A stretch of 64,000 nt of DNA from Thermoplasmata archaeon (GTDB lineage Archaea; Thermoplasmatota; Thermoplasmata; GCA-020350865): positions 2,021,930 to 2,085,929 of the forward strand of contig CP070751.1 of the NCBI GenBank assembly GCA_020348445.1, in the 5' to 3' direction. The notes beneath the pieces were generated by a model that saw only the letters and a list, made by a program, of their open reading frames with translations, searched no databases and was not told where the DNA came from. Both the position numbers and the translations under genes were made by a program. The first letter of the stretch is position 1, and every line of letters begins with the position of its first letter. Of the stretch, positions 18,632 through 28,047 are shown piece by piece.

Positions 18632-20556
18632 TTACTTTTAGCATGGATATAGTACCCTCTTCCAACCTCGAAATAATCAGACGGGCCCATCTTCTCCCAT
18701 CTCTGCACCCGAGAATTATAGGTCCAGATCGCATCCACATCTTCCGTGAAATTGAGGTTGTTTAGGGCTGTAGTCCTGTTCTTAATAGAGAGGGAGGGAT
18801 AGCCAACCATGTTCCAGCCTTGATAAAGGGTGATACTCTGGTTTTCCGTTGGTTGTGTTCCGAGGTATCTGAACAACACACCCCCGGGCTCGGTAATATA
18901 AATCCAGAATCCCATGGTGTGATTAAGGTTATCTAAATCGTTCAAATGAGGAGATTTTGAGGTGCAGTTGTGCTTCCATTGGTCTTTTTTGTCTGATGAA
19001 TTATACCATTGGATAGCAGAGTATGATCCTGATATGGTTGATAGAACGCTGCTGAGGTCTGTGTTCTGCTGAATCAAAGGTAAGGAAATCAAGTTCCAAC
19101 CCTCGTACATTAAGGAACAATTGCCATAAGGATACATCAACGGATACCTATCCTCGACTTCTGTTTCACCCCAGAAGTATATATATGAACTATCACCGAT
19201 ACCGTCGCTACCCGAGATGTTTTGTCCGGGGCCGTGATTTTCATCGACACCGCTGTAATCTGACCAGTAGTTTCCCCCCGAGGGGTAACCGTTATCCCAT
19301 TGAACGCCATTATATGTATAGTCAAAGGCTGGATAATAATTGTTTATGATGTTGTTGTGGTAAATCTTGTTATCGGGGAAATCATAAATATAAAAACCCC
19401 AATAGTTTGATACAACTGTATTGAGAGTTATATTGTTTGATGAAAAATAAATGAGCATACCCCAGTGGTTATTTGATATTTTATTACTTGTGATGAAATT
19501 GTTATGAGAATATGCTACCAATATACCAACGCTTGTATTGTTTATCTGAAGGTTTTTTACATTAAAATCAGAGCAATTGACAAGAATGAGCTGTCCAACT
19601 TCTATTCCATCGATATTGATACCACTGACGTCTTTATAATAATACAACGGTTTACCATTCACTAAGTTGTTATCAGGAATCGTGTGAGTATTAAAATGAG
19701 ATAGTTGACCACCATTTATATGAATCCCACTGTTGATAAAATTGTTATTAGAGATATTATTGTTAGATGAGCTAGTAAGGGAGATGCCATATAAGTTGTT
19801 CGATATGTTATTGCCGATTATGTTGAAGTTCGATGACTTGTAAAGCTGAAAGTTGCATCCTTTGGGACATGAAACATTGTTATTTATAAAATTGTTGTAG
19901 TGAGTTTCCCGAAACCAGATTTGATTCACTTCATTGATATAGTTGCTTATGATAGTGTTTCCACTGCCACCTACAAAAAAAAATGCAAAATTACTATAAA
20001 AAAAATTGTTGTCACTTATGTTGTTGTTGGACGCCCCCTCAAAATAGATGTCATGTCCACCGTTCGAAGAAAATAGGTTGTTGGATATATTATTAAAGGT
20101 TGCTCCATTAAATCGGATACCATTATTGTTATTCCATATTACATTGTCACTTATGATGTTGTTTGAACCTGAAAGAAAGATACCGTTATAATTACCGATT
20201 ATCTCGTTGTTACTAATTGAACAGTTCTGGGTATTCCATACAGCTATACCTCCATCTATAAAATTACTTCCACTCTTAGAGATAGTGAATCCTGTGATAT
20301 TCACCCAATTAGCGGTTATACATACCGTATTATCATAATAATTACCATCGATTATAGTAATCTCCCTGTTTTCGCCCGTTAAATTTATTGTCTTATTAAC
20401 GACAACATTCTCATAATAAGTCCCGTTGAACACGAAAACTGTATCCCCATCCTTACTTGCATTTATCGCATCCTGTATTGTGGGATAATCAGTGGGAACA
20501 TAAATTGTTGTGCCACTGGAGGTCTGTATCAGATTTTGATCAGGAACAATCAACAT
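18607..20556 (-). CDS. Secreted beta-helix (NosD-like) protein with a C-terminal GWNL double module; true start probably ATA 20655
   Basis: Same cap and coils as its neighbour. The frame stays open upstream to a TAA at 20668-20670, and that extension encodes a signal peptide homologous to the 20739..23633 gene. Confidence 0.85.
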   Translation of the reverse strand: MLIVPDQNLIQTSSGTTIYVPTDYPTIQDAINASKDGDTVFVFNGTYYENVVVNKTINLTGENREITIIDGNYYDNTVCITANWVNITGFTISKSGSNFIDGGIAVWNTQNCSISNNEIIGNYNGIFLSGSNNIISDNVIWNNNNGIRFNGATFNNISNNLFSSNGGHDIYFEGASNNNISDNNFFYSNFAFFFVGGSGNTIISNYINEVNQIWFRETHYNNFINNNVSCPKGCNFQLYKSSNFNIIGNNISNNLYGISLTSSSNNNISNNNFINSGIHINGGQLSHFNTHTIPDNNLVNGKPLYYYKDVSGINIDGIEVGQLILVNCSDFNVKNLQINNTSVGILVAYSHNNFITSNKISNNHWGMLIYFSSNNITLNTVVSNYWGFYIYDFPDNKIYHNNIINNYYPAFDYTYNGVQWDNGYPSGGNYWSDYSGVDENHGPGQNISGSDGIGDSSYIYFWGETEVEDRYPLMYPYGNCSLMYEGWNLISLPLIQQNTDLSSVLSTISGSYSAIQWYNSSDKKDQWKHNCTSKSPHLNDLDNLNHTMGFWIYITEPGGVLFRYLGTQPTENQSITLYQGWNMVGYPSLSIKNRTTALNNLNFTEDVDAIWTYNSRVQRWEKMGPSDYFEVGRGYYIHAKSKCDWEVPL

Positions 20557-20738
20557 TGTAATCGATATGATAAAAAGCAGGATGACTATGACAGATGAGC
20601 GTTTTAGCGCTTTAACCCTTTTCTCTTTTCGCCAGGTATTATTATCCGTGTGTATACGCCCCCTCCATTATCCTGTCCAGTATAATTTCACATTGTTTTT
20701 ATGGATTATAAGATTTTCCGCTAGAAGAAACGTGGGTT

Positions 20739-23633
20739 TTACACCCCAATAAATGTGAATTTGGTGGTGCCTGAAGTTGAAATTTGATAACCTTCCGTCA
20801 TCTCCAAGAAAGTATCGAAAGCACCTTCGGGCATCACAGTTGAATGCCAGCGCCACCGCTGCTTGCTGTTATTAAAATAGTTGATTCCAACGCAATCTGG
20901 TATATTGTCGCAATACCAATCTGCCGTATGGTTCACATCCAATTTCAGGGGTATCCCCATTGTATCATATCCCTCAGAATATTCCTCAGTCCAGATTCCC
21001 ACGCTGTATGTGCTCGCTCCCTGGATACCAAAGATATTGAAAGGAACCACCATGTAATACAACCTCGATCCGGGATTGTTTGCCCCTGCACCGACATGGG
21101 TGGTGGTGTTGTTTCCAAAATCAACAGGAGGTTCAACCCGAGAATAATTGAAATTGATGTCTCCAAAAAAGCCATCCCTTGTATTAGAATAATAAATCTC
21201 GTAATAATCTCCGGAGGCCATAGTTGGAGGTTCCTGCCAGGTCAGGTTCACATCCCCATCAGGACTGATTGTAACTTCAAGGTTCTGAGCCTCGAACATC
21301 GGGTCAAATCCAAAAAAACTCTTGTCATCTTTGAAAATGATCATGGCAACAGGCAGCCCGCAAAAGGTGTAGTTTGCCATGTTGCTGAACTTGATTTCAT
21401 AACCTTCTCCCAATCTCATCTTTGTATTGTTATTATTGCCATCCCCAAGATCATGCTGCCGCCACATGTGGGTCACTGGATCCATGTATTTGATATAATC
21501 AGCCTTTATGTCCGTCGTGAAATTGTCGGTCCATATTGATTGTAGGGGCTCAAGTGGGAGGGCCAATGTCGAAACCCCGGGTAAAAAGGTCGCTGTCCAT
21601 TTTCCAACTGTCCTTGAAGTGGGTCCAATATCTCCGTTTTCATGAACAGGTCTTATTGTATAGTAGTATTCTTGTGATGTATTCCCCAATGCAGCATATG
21701 TATCGTTCCAGGTGGTTCTGAGAGGAATGGTACCTCTGTCATCATGAAGGAAGGTATTTACCCAGAAAGAAGAGAAATCAAATCCTGTTTGTGAAGTTGC
21801 GCGGTAAATTAGGTAGTATGCCAGTCCTTGTGTTCCAGATTGTGTCCAATTGAGAATGATGTCATCTCCCACTGCTTTGATGTAAAGTGTCAGGGGTATA
21901 TTATCGGGTTCTATCACTTCGAGAGCTTTAAAGGCGACATTATTACATTCTTTCATTTCTATGATCGTATTATCGGGATCGACAACGACATAGATATTAT
22001 GGATCCCATCGGGACTGGCAGTCCACTGAACATCAACATTCGCATTACTTCCGCCATCGATTGAAGGTATATATTTATCACTCCCTATCTGATAACTTCC
22101 GGGCATGTTTGGATCGCCATTATAGAACCTAACAATAATATCCTTGACTTCGTCAAGACCCATGTTGTGAATCGTCGCGCTGATTGTAACTATTGTACCA
22201 TTTCCCACTGGACTTGATGGATCAAAGACTATATCACTGTTTTTTACTTCCAGATCAGGTATTTCTACATCAGGTGGTGGGGTAGTCAGAGGATAGTAAT
22301 CCTTTGCACCTGAGCCTCCGTCAAGAAGATAAGGGAAATCAACTATACCATCAGGACCAGGCTGGTCTTGATTTGGACCGCTTGCCATATCCGGAGTTGT
22401 CCAATCGCTCCAGTAATTTCCTCCGCTGGGATAACTATCGTTCAAACTGTTGTTACCTACATCATCTACCCCTTGAACACCGCTGCCGTTGTTATCGGTG
22501 AAGACGTTATGATAAATTGTGTTGTAACCGTCGTGTTCGATATTAATGCCGTAATATATACTCGAGGAGATGGTGTTACCAATGAAGGTGTTGTTGCTGG
22601 ACCAACTGATGTTGATGCCGCAATTGTTCGAGGAGATGCTGTTACCGATGAAGGTGTTGTAGTTAGAATTATAACGAACGAAGATGCCGTAGAAGTTCGA
22701 GGAAATGGTGTTACCAATGATGGTGTCGTAGCTGGAATTAAAAAAGTAGATGCCCTGCCTGTTCGAGGAGATGGTGTTACCGATGATGGTGTTGTTGCCA
22801 TAGCCGCACCAATTCATTAAGATGCCAACCCCCACGTTCATGAAGATGGCGTTATTGACGATAATGTTGTTGTTGTTGTAGTTGTTGTTGGAGGCGGAGC
22901 CGCCGATCACGATACCGATCCGATTATAAGAACAATTGTTGCATTTTATGTTATTTTCGTGGGACAATCCAAGACCGATGCCTACATCCCAGTAAGAGAA
23001 AGTGTTGTTGATAACGATATTGTTGCTGGAAAATAAGATAAGTAAGCCATTTCCATTTAAAGGCACTCTATTCTGGGTGCCGATGTTATCGGTGAGGATA
23101 TTATAGTCAGAGTAAAGGAGGATGATACCATTGCTACTGTCCGATGCGTTGTTCTCAAAGACCCTGCAGTTCCGGACCATATCAAGCTTTATTCCTCCAT
23201 CATCCCACTCATCATCGCTTCCAATGGCAGTAAAACCTGTAATGTTCACCCAATCTGCAGTTACGTAAACAGCATCTCCAATTCCCGAGGCATTGATAAT
23301 GGTAGTATCCCTATCTTCCCCGATCAAGTTTATTATTTTATCAACAATCACATTCTCATAATATGTTCCGCTATATACGAAAACCGTATCCCCATCCTTT
23401 GCCGCGTTTATCGCATCTTGAATGACAGAAAAATTCCCAAATCCTCCGCCTCCAACATAGAGGGTATCACCACTGGAGGTTAGTATCAGATTTTCATCAG
23501 GGACAATCAACATTGTAATTGATATGATAAAAAGCACGCTAACTATTGTAGATGAGCGTTTTAGCGATTTAACCCTCTTCTCTCTTCGCCAGATATTATC
23601 CGTATATATACGCCCCCTCCATATTCTGTACAC
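20739..23633 (-). CDS. Secreted beta-helix protein with a CARDB-like domain and a C-terminal module of about 390 aa ending FTFIGV
   Basis: NosD-like coils; PDLEVKNSDIVFDP...TISATIHNMG (CARDB-like); C-terminus homologous to 41717..47560 and 63637..64000. Confidence 0.87.
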   Translation of the reverse strand: MYRIWRGRIYTDNIWRREKRVKSLKRSSTIVSVLFIISITMLIVPDENLILTSSGDTLYVGGGGFGNFSVIQDAINAAKDGDTVFVYSGTYYENVIVDKIINLIGEDRDTTIINASGIGDAVYVTADWVNITGFTAIGSDDEWDDGGIKLDMVRNCRVFENNASDSSNGIILLYSDYNILTDNIGTQNRVPLNGNGLLILFSSNNIVINNTFSYWDVGIGLGLSHENNIKCNNCSYNRIGIVIGGSASNNNYNNNNIIVNNAIFMNVGVGILMNWCGYGNNTIIGNTISSNRQGIYFFNSSYDTIIGNTISSNFYGIFVRYNSNYNTFIGNSISSNNCGINISWSSNNTFIGNTISSSIYYGINIEHDGYNTIYHNVFTDNNGSGVQGVDDVGNNSLNDSYPSGGNYWSDWTTPDMASGPNQDQPGPDGIVDFPYLLDGGSGAKDYYPLTTPPPDVEIPDLEVKNSDIVFDPSSPVGNGTIVTISATIHNMGLDEVKDIIVRFYNGDPNMPGSYQIGSDKYIPSIDGGSNANVDVQWTASPDGIHNIYVVVDPDNTIIEMKECNNVAFKALEVIEPDNIPLTLYIKAVGDDIILNWTQSGTQGLAYYLIYRATSQTGFDFSSFWVNTFLHDDRGTIPLRTTWNDTYAALGNTSQEYYYTIRPVHENGDIGPTSRTVGKWTATFLPGVSTLALPLEPLQSIWTDNFTTDIKADYIKYMDPVTHMWRQHDLGDGNNNNTKMRLGEGYEIKFSNMANYTFCGLPVAMIIFKDDKSFFGFDPMFEAQNLEVTISPDGDVNLTWQEPPTMASGDYYEIYYSNTRDGFFGDINFNYSRVEPPVDFGNNTTTHVGAGANNPGSRLYYMVVPFNIFGIQGASTYSVGIWTEEYSEGYDTMGIPLKLDVNHTADWYCDNIPDCVGINYFNNSKQRWRWHSTVMPEGAFDTFLEMTEGYQISTSGTTKFTFIGV

Positions 23634-23808
23634 TATTATTTGTATACATATTTGACATGGTTTTTAAAGTTTATAAGGGTTGTGAACTTAAAAAAGGGGG
23701 ACGCTCAATAGCAAATCTTCTCTTAGTAATAACTAGTGAAATTCTTTAGAATATTTGGCCTGTCTCTATGGTATATCCCCACCGACTAAAACATAAAAAC
23801 TGTACATA

Positions 23809-26800
23809 CTATGCACCAGTATCCCTGGAAGCATAATATTTTCTTTCCCTGCCCACAACCTCCTTCTTTACAAAACCCACCTCCTCCAACTTCGATAGAT
23901 GATAGCCCGCAACCTGGCGGCTGACACCTGTTGAGGAGGCTATTTTTTTCTGGCTGATACCAGGCTTTTTCTGTATTACTCCAAATATCTTTTCCTGGAC
24001 AACACTCAGATAGTAATCCTTGGCCTTGGTTTTTGGAAAGTCAACTGGGTAAAAACGCTTCTTTATACCATCCTCTTTTGAGTATATTAACGTGGCCTCC
24101 ATCAATCTCTTCAGATGGTATATCAGCTGTCCGTTCCCAAGATCCAGATCCTGCTTTATCAACCCAAAGTGGGCACCGGGACTAGCGATTATGTAACCGT
24201 GAATCTTATGCCTTACGGGGTGGTTTAGCATCTCTTCCTTTTTGATCTTGGAATAAAGAGGGAGGAATAAGGCTAAAAGCACCCATTTGCCTATCTCTGT
24301 CAGTAAAGTTCCCGCCCCAATGGCAAAGATGAAGCCCACCATGATGACCAGCGCCCATGGAAAAACTGACTCCCCAACTGGACTTTTAACAATAAGGGCG
24401 TCGACTTCATCACCAGTAAGTCCAGATTGCAAATCCACGGTCTTATCTATGCTGCCATCGCCATCCTCGTCGATCATGAGTGTTACTGGCTTTCCTGAGC
24501 TGAGGTTCTCCCAGGTATTTATCCTGTAGATATGAGTTGCATTTTTATCCAGTCCCATATTGGTTAAGTAAAAACGATCTTCAATTTCATTAACATAGGT
24601 ACTAAATTCCAATGAATACAGCTTGCCATCCTCTTCAGTTGTCAATGATATCTCTTGTTCATTGGGATCCAATATGTATCTGTCCTGGGTATTTGTAGAG
24701 CAAGCAACCTCAAAGATCCCGTATTTTTTGGCAATATTATCATCCACACCAATTATGCTGAGATCGTATACACCAGATCCAAATCCTTGGACATCAAAAT
24801 AATAGAGCTCATCTGAGGGGATAAAATAAACCTCTACATCCGAAAACAGCATGGCGATAAATGCTCCTTCCATATTATTGATGGTGGATGCGTCGAGGAG
24901 GCCGATTTTATAATTTTCTTGATTTGTTATCAAAAGATCGGCTGGGCATTGCAAAATAACAGCAAATTGCCTGCCATCGTTTAGGAAACTTAATGCTGCA
25001 TTTTGACTTTGTATCGCCTTTGCCTGATCATTTTCGTCTATACTGTGGACATTGACTGTAAACGTTGTTTCATTTGTTCCTCCCTCATCATCAGTAACTC
25101 TCAGTGTTACAGTATAGATTCTATTTTCTTTATAATTATGAGCCAGTGTTCTGCCAAAACCCGTAGTTCCATCACCAAAGTCCCATTGATAGTCTACCAA
25201 ATATCCTTCAAAGTCGAATGAAGATGAGGCATCGAAAAATGCAATACCAACCTTCTGTAGGATGTCGTTTAAATTGATTGAGGTCTGTTGCACAGAGCCA
25301 TCTTGGGAATTGAATAATAAATATACTGAGTAAAATTTCCCAAGAAATTCAAATGTAACAACAAACGGATTTGAGCCCCCATTTGCTCCATCATAGTAAA
25401 AACTCAATTCATATACAGAATTCATATACAACTCGGAGGAGATCGTGCCCATATCCGGTTCATTAGAATCTCTTATAACCATGACACTGCCAACTGTATT
25501 TCCATCCTCATTTAATTCCATTGTTATTGTATTTCCCTTTGTACCTGCAACCCTTAAAGTTAGGTTCAAAGAAAACGATGATTCTCCTGGTAATAAACCT
25601 GTTCCATTGTGATATTGCGCCCGGGCCGTTGGAAGCTGATTGACGTTGATTACAGATAGATCACCTGTTTCATTGGTAAGGATTCCATATGTTGCAGTAA
25701 TACGGCAGCTGCCACCTACCCATCCTGCCGAAAAATCTGTATTTTCATTTGGACCCAAAGCCACTGTACCCACGGCTTCATTGTCGCTTTCCCACATTGC
25801 TTTTACATCCTTTATGTAGTCTGCTGTATAATTATAACCTGCTGCCCAAAATGTGTCAGTTTCACCCTCAGAATAGCTCTTTTCTGAAACCCACACACCT
25901 TCACCATATGATGTATCCAAAATCACTATATAATCTATCTTAGGGGCAAGAATTCTAAGATCTCCTGTGGTGTTGATTATTCCAAAATAATTGGCGGTTA
26001 CATGGCAGTAAGCATCACTTTTGATCTTCTGGGCAGTGAAGTTTGCCCAAGACACCAGTTCTTGGATTGCCCCAATGGTCGTGTCATTACTTGACCATTC
26101 TGCCTCAACATCCCCCAAGTAGCCTGCAGTGTCGTTGTAGGATGCTGCATAAAACTGATCCTTCTGCCATACAAAATAAAATTCATTTGAAACAATGTTG
26201 CCTAATCCATTTGATTGATCTCTAATTTGAATATAATCGACAGTTGGTGAGCTTACCAAGTATTTTATAGAATCAGTATTTCCCTGGTAGCTAATGTTGA
26301 ACCATACAAATCCAGATATTGTGCCAAAATAGATATCGTTTTTTACTGCTGGTGTGGGTCCAAGAAGAATCGAGTCTCCCCCTTCAGCTGTCCAGTCTGA
26401 ACTAACAGTGCCTATAAAACCCTCAGAAATATTATATGCTGAACAGTAACCTGACACCAAATCACCAACAGAAACGGTCTCGCCAACCAAGGGAGAACCG
26501 TCTGGAAAGTCAGTTATTTTTATGAAGTCCACAGTATGCGTAGTAATTAAAAAGTGGACACTATCTCTAAACGGACCATAACTCACATTTAAATAAATAT
26601 GACCCGGAACGTCTCCCACATCGATACCATTGGACTTCGAGGGTGAAGGAGCCAAAAGCGATGACGTTCCCCCTTCGGCAGTCCAGTTTACAACCTCAAC
26701 TCCAATAAAGCCGTGTGTAATATTGTAAACAGAGCAATTGTACCACTCAGAAAATCCCGCAGGTACAATTCCTCCGTCAACACGTATCCCGTCAGGAACA

Positions 26801-27645
26801 TCGGTAATTTCTATAAAGTCCACAGTGGGAGGTGACATAATGGTTATAAAAGGTCCTGCGCCTTCACCCAAATGCATGTTTTCATAATTATCGATAGCGC
26901 CTCCGTCATCGAAACGGTATCCCTTTAAACATATTTTGATGGAATAATAATATTCAACTCTACCCAGTACTTGCGTGTCATTGAAATAGGTATCTGTTAA
27001 TGGATTTGCCATATCCCCACCAACTAAAGACCAATCGGCATCTCCATTAGAGCTTCCGTTTGTGGTGCTCCTATATACAGTGTAGCCTGCAACAAGGCCA
27101 TTGGGATCGCTAATTGGGCTCCAGGTTATGTTTATGAAATTAAAACCAAAATCTGCAACTCTTGGAATGGGGATTCTCTGCAGCTCGATGGGGGGTGTGT
27201 TCTGAAGTCCGTCGGAATTCAATATTGTACTCGTGAAGGCAATATATCCTGTCCTATCGTCAGTTTCATAACTTCCGCTTTCTCTCTCAACAATAATTAT
27301 ACAAGGATCGCCAACCTTCCAATCATTTAGATCATTTTCCAAGAATGGGTCATAATAATCTATATCGCCTGTGGTTTTGATATCATCGACACCATTGCCT
27401 TCGTTCGTTCTGTTCTGAACATAATAAAAAACCAGCCCGTTCTTGGCCAAATTAAAATCAAAGGCTCTTACCCTGGTTATGGTGTTTGGAATTACTTCAC
27501 CCTTAACCTGCTTTGTACTGGTATCAGCCTTTACAGTTGCCATGGAGACAGTAAAACACATAATCAATATCATGCCAATGAGCATTTGTGCCAGTACTTT
27601 GTTTTTCTTAATGACTATCCCTCGGCTTTTCTTTGTCAAAACCAA
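23809..27645 (-). CDS. Membrane-anchored surface protein (about 1,270 aa): FN3-like domain, 4 Ig-like repeats, PKD with an insertion, juxtamembrane domain, TM helix, tandem winged-HTH; start possibly ATT 27612
   Basis: C-terminal half collinear with 3348..8255 (YQWDFGDGTTGFG, VILQCPADLLITN, IDEDGDGSID); TM FPWALVIMVGFIFAIGAGTLL; HTH helices GNGQLIYHL and VSRQVAGYHL. Confidence 0.9.
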   Translation of the reverse strand: MVLTKKSRGIVIKKNKVLAQMLIGMILIMCFTVSMATVKADTSTKQVKGEVIPNTITRVRAFDFNLAKNGLVFYYVQNRTNEGNGVDDIKTTGDIDYYDPFLENDLNDWKVGDPCIIIVERESGSYETDDRTGYIAFTSTILNSDGLQNTPPIELQRIPIPRVADFGFNFINITWSPISDPNGLVAGYTVYRSTTNGSSNGDADWSLVGGDMANPLTDTYFNDTQVLGRVEYYYSIKICLKGYRFDDGGAIDNYENMHLGEGAGPFITIMSPPTVDFIEITDVPDGIRVDGGIVPAGFSEWYNCSVYNITHGFIGVEVVNWTAEGGTSSLLAPSPSKSNGIDVGDVPGHIYLNVSYGPFRDSVHFLITTHTVDFIKITDFPDGSPLVGETVSVGDLVSGYCSAYNISEGFIGTVSSDWTAEGGDSILLGPTPAVKNDIYFGTISGFVWFNISYQGNTDSIKYLVSSPTVDYIQIRDQSNGLGNIVSNEFYFVWQKDQFYAASYNDTAGYLGDVEAEWSSNDTTIGAIQELVSWANFTAQKIKSDAYCHVTANYFGIINTTGDLRILAPKIDYIVILDTSYGEGVWVSEKSYSEGETDTFWAAGYNYTADYIKDVKAMWESDNEAVGTVALGPNENTDFSAGWVGGSCRITATYGILTNETGDLSVINVNQLPTARAQYHNGTGLLPGESSFSLNLTLRVAGTKGNTITMELNEDGNTVGSVMVIRDSNEPDMGTISSELYMNSVYELSFYYDGANGGSNPFVVTFEFLGKFYSVYLLFNSQDGSVQQTSINLNDILQKVGIAFFDASSSFDFEGYLVDYQWDFGDGTTGFGRTLAHNYKENRIYTVTLRVTDDEGGTNETTFTVNVHSIDENDQAKAIQSQNAALSFLNDGRQFAVILQCPADLLITNQENYKIGLLDASTINNMEGAFIAMLFSDVEVYFIPSDELYYFDVQGFGSGVYDLSIIGVDDNIAKKYGIFEVACSTNTQDRYILDPNEQEISLTTEEDGKLYSLEFSTYVNEIEDRFYLTNMGLDKNATHIYRINTWENLSSGKPVTLMIDEDGDGSIDKTVDLQSGLTGDEVDALIVKSPVGESVFPWALVIMVGFIFAIGAGTLLTEIGKWVLLALFLPLYSKIKKEEMLNHPVRHKIHGYIIASPGAHFGLIKQDLDLGNGQLIYHLKRLMEATLIYSKEDGIKKRFYPVDFPKTKAKDYYLSVVQEKIFGVIQKKPGISQKKIASSTGVSRQVAGYHLSKLEEVGFVKKEVVGRERKYYASRDTGA

Positions 27646-27892
27646 TTATAATGGGTGTCGAATATACTTTTTTCCCTATTTTTTTATATTTTTGACGTTA
27701 ACTGATTCCATTTATAATAACCCAGGTTTTTTGTTCATATTTGTTGTTCAATACCTCCTAGATTTGTTATTTGACATTGGATATGATCATTTTTTATGAA
27801 TTCCAAGGTCCTCAAATCACAGCGATTCCCAATCCCACCTCCCCTTCCAATACCATAATATGGCATTTACGGGTACTAATATGCTAGAGACA

Positions 27893-27923
27893 TTATAAAA
27901 GGAGTTTGGTACGATTTTTTGCC
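27893..27923 (-). promoter_or_regulatory. Single copy of the family TATA plus motif, about 250 bp upstream of the 23809..27645 gene
   Basis: The + strand reads TTATAAAAGGAGTTTGGTACGATTTTTTGCC, matching the other four sites. Confidence 0.55.
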
Positions 27924-27968
27924 TTTAATATTATGACTGGATGGTGGACCATGTGTAATATATAATAG

Positions 27969-28028
27969 AAAAAAGGTGGATGGAGGGGGTAATGGAGGCA
28001 TATTTTAATTGGCATCCTCCCCCCATCC
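27969..28028 (-). terminator. Hairpin plus T6 tract downstream of 28048..32988
   Basis: Arms 27978-27987 and 28019-28028 form 10 bp including one G-U pair; TTTTTT follows on the - strand. Confidence 0.5.
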
Positions 28029-28047
28029 CGATAAGCACAAACATATA

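Noticed and set aside
20844-21539. 231-aa + strand ORF (also 22368..22820 and 22466..22801)
   Set aside because: They overlap a well-supported CDS in antisense or an alternative frame, have no recognisable motifs, and reflect codon bias of the beta-helix repeats.
3383-23952. Possible diversity-generating retroelement template/variable repeat pairs (109-bp and 56-bp copies at gene 3' ends)
   Set aside because: The mismatches are synonymous and not adenine-specific, the 56-bp pair has none, both copies are coding, and there is no reverse transcriptase in the window.
27735-27866. 43-aa ORF (MPYYGIGRGGGIGNRC...) starting 27 nt after the TATA at 27893
   Set aside because: It is short, has no recognisable motif or homolog in the window, and cannot be told apart from chance.
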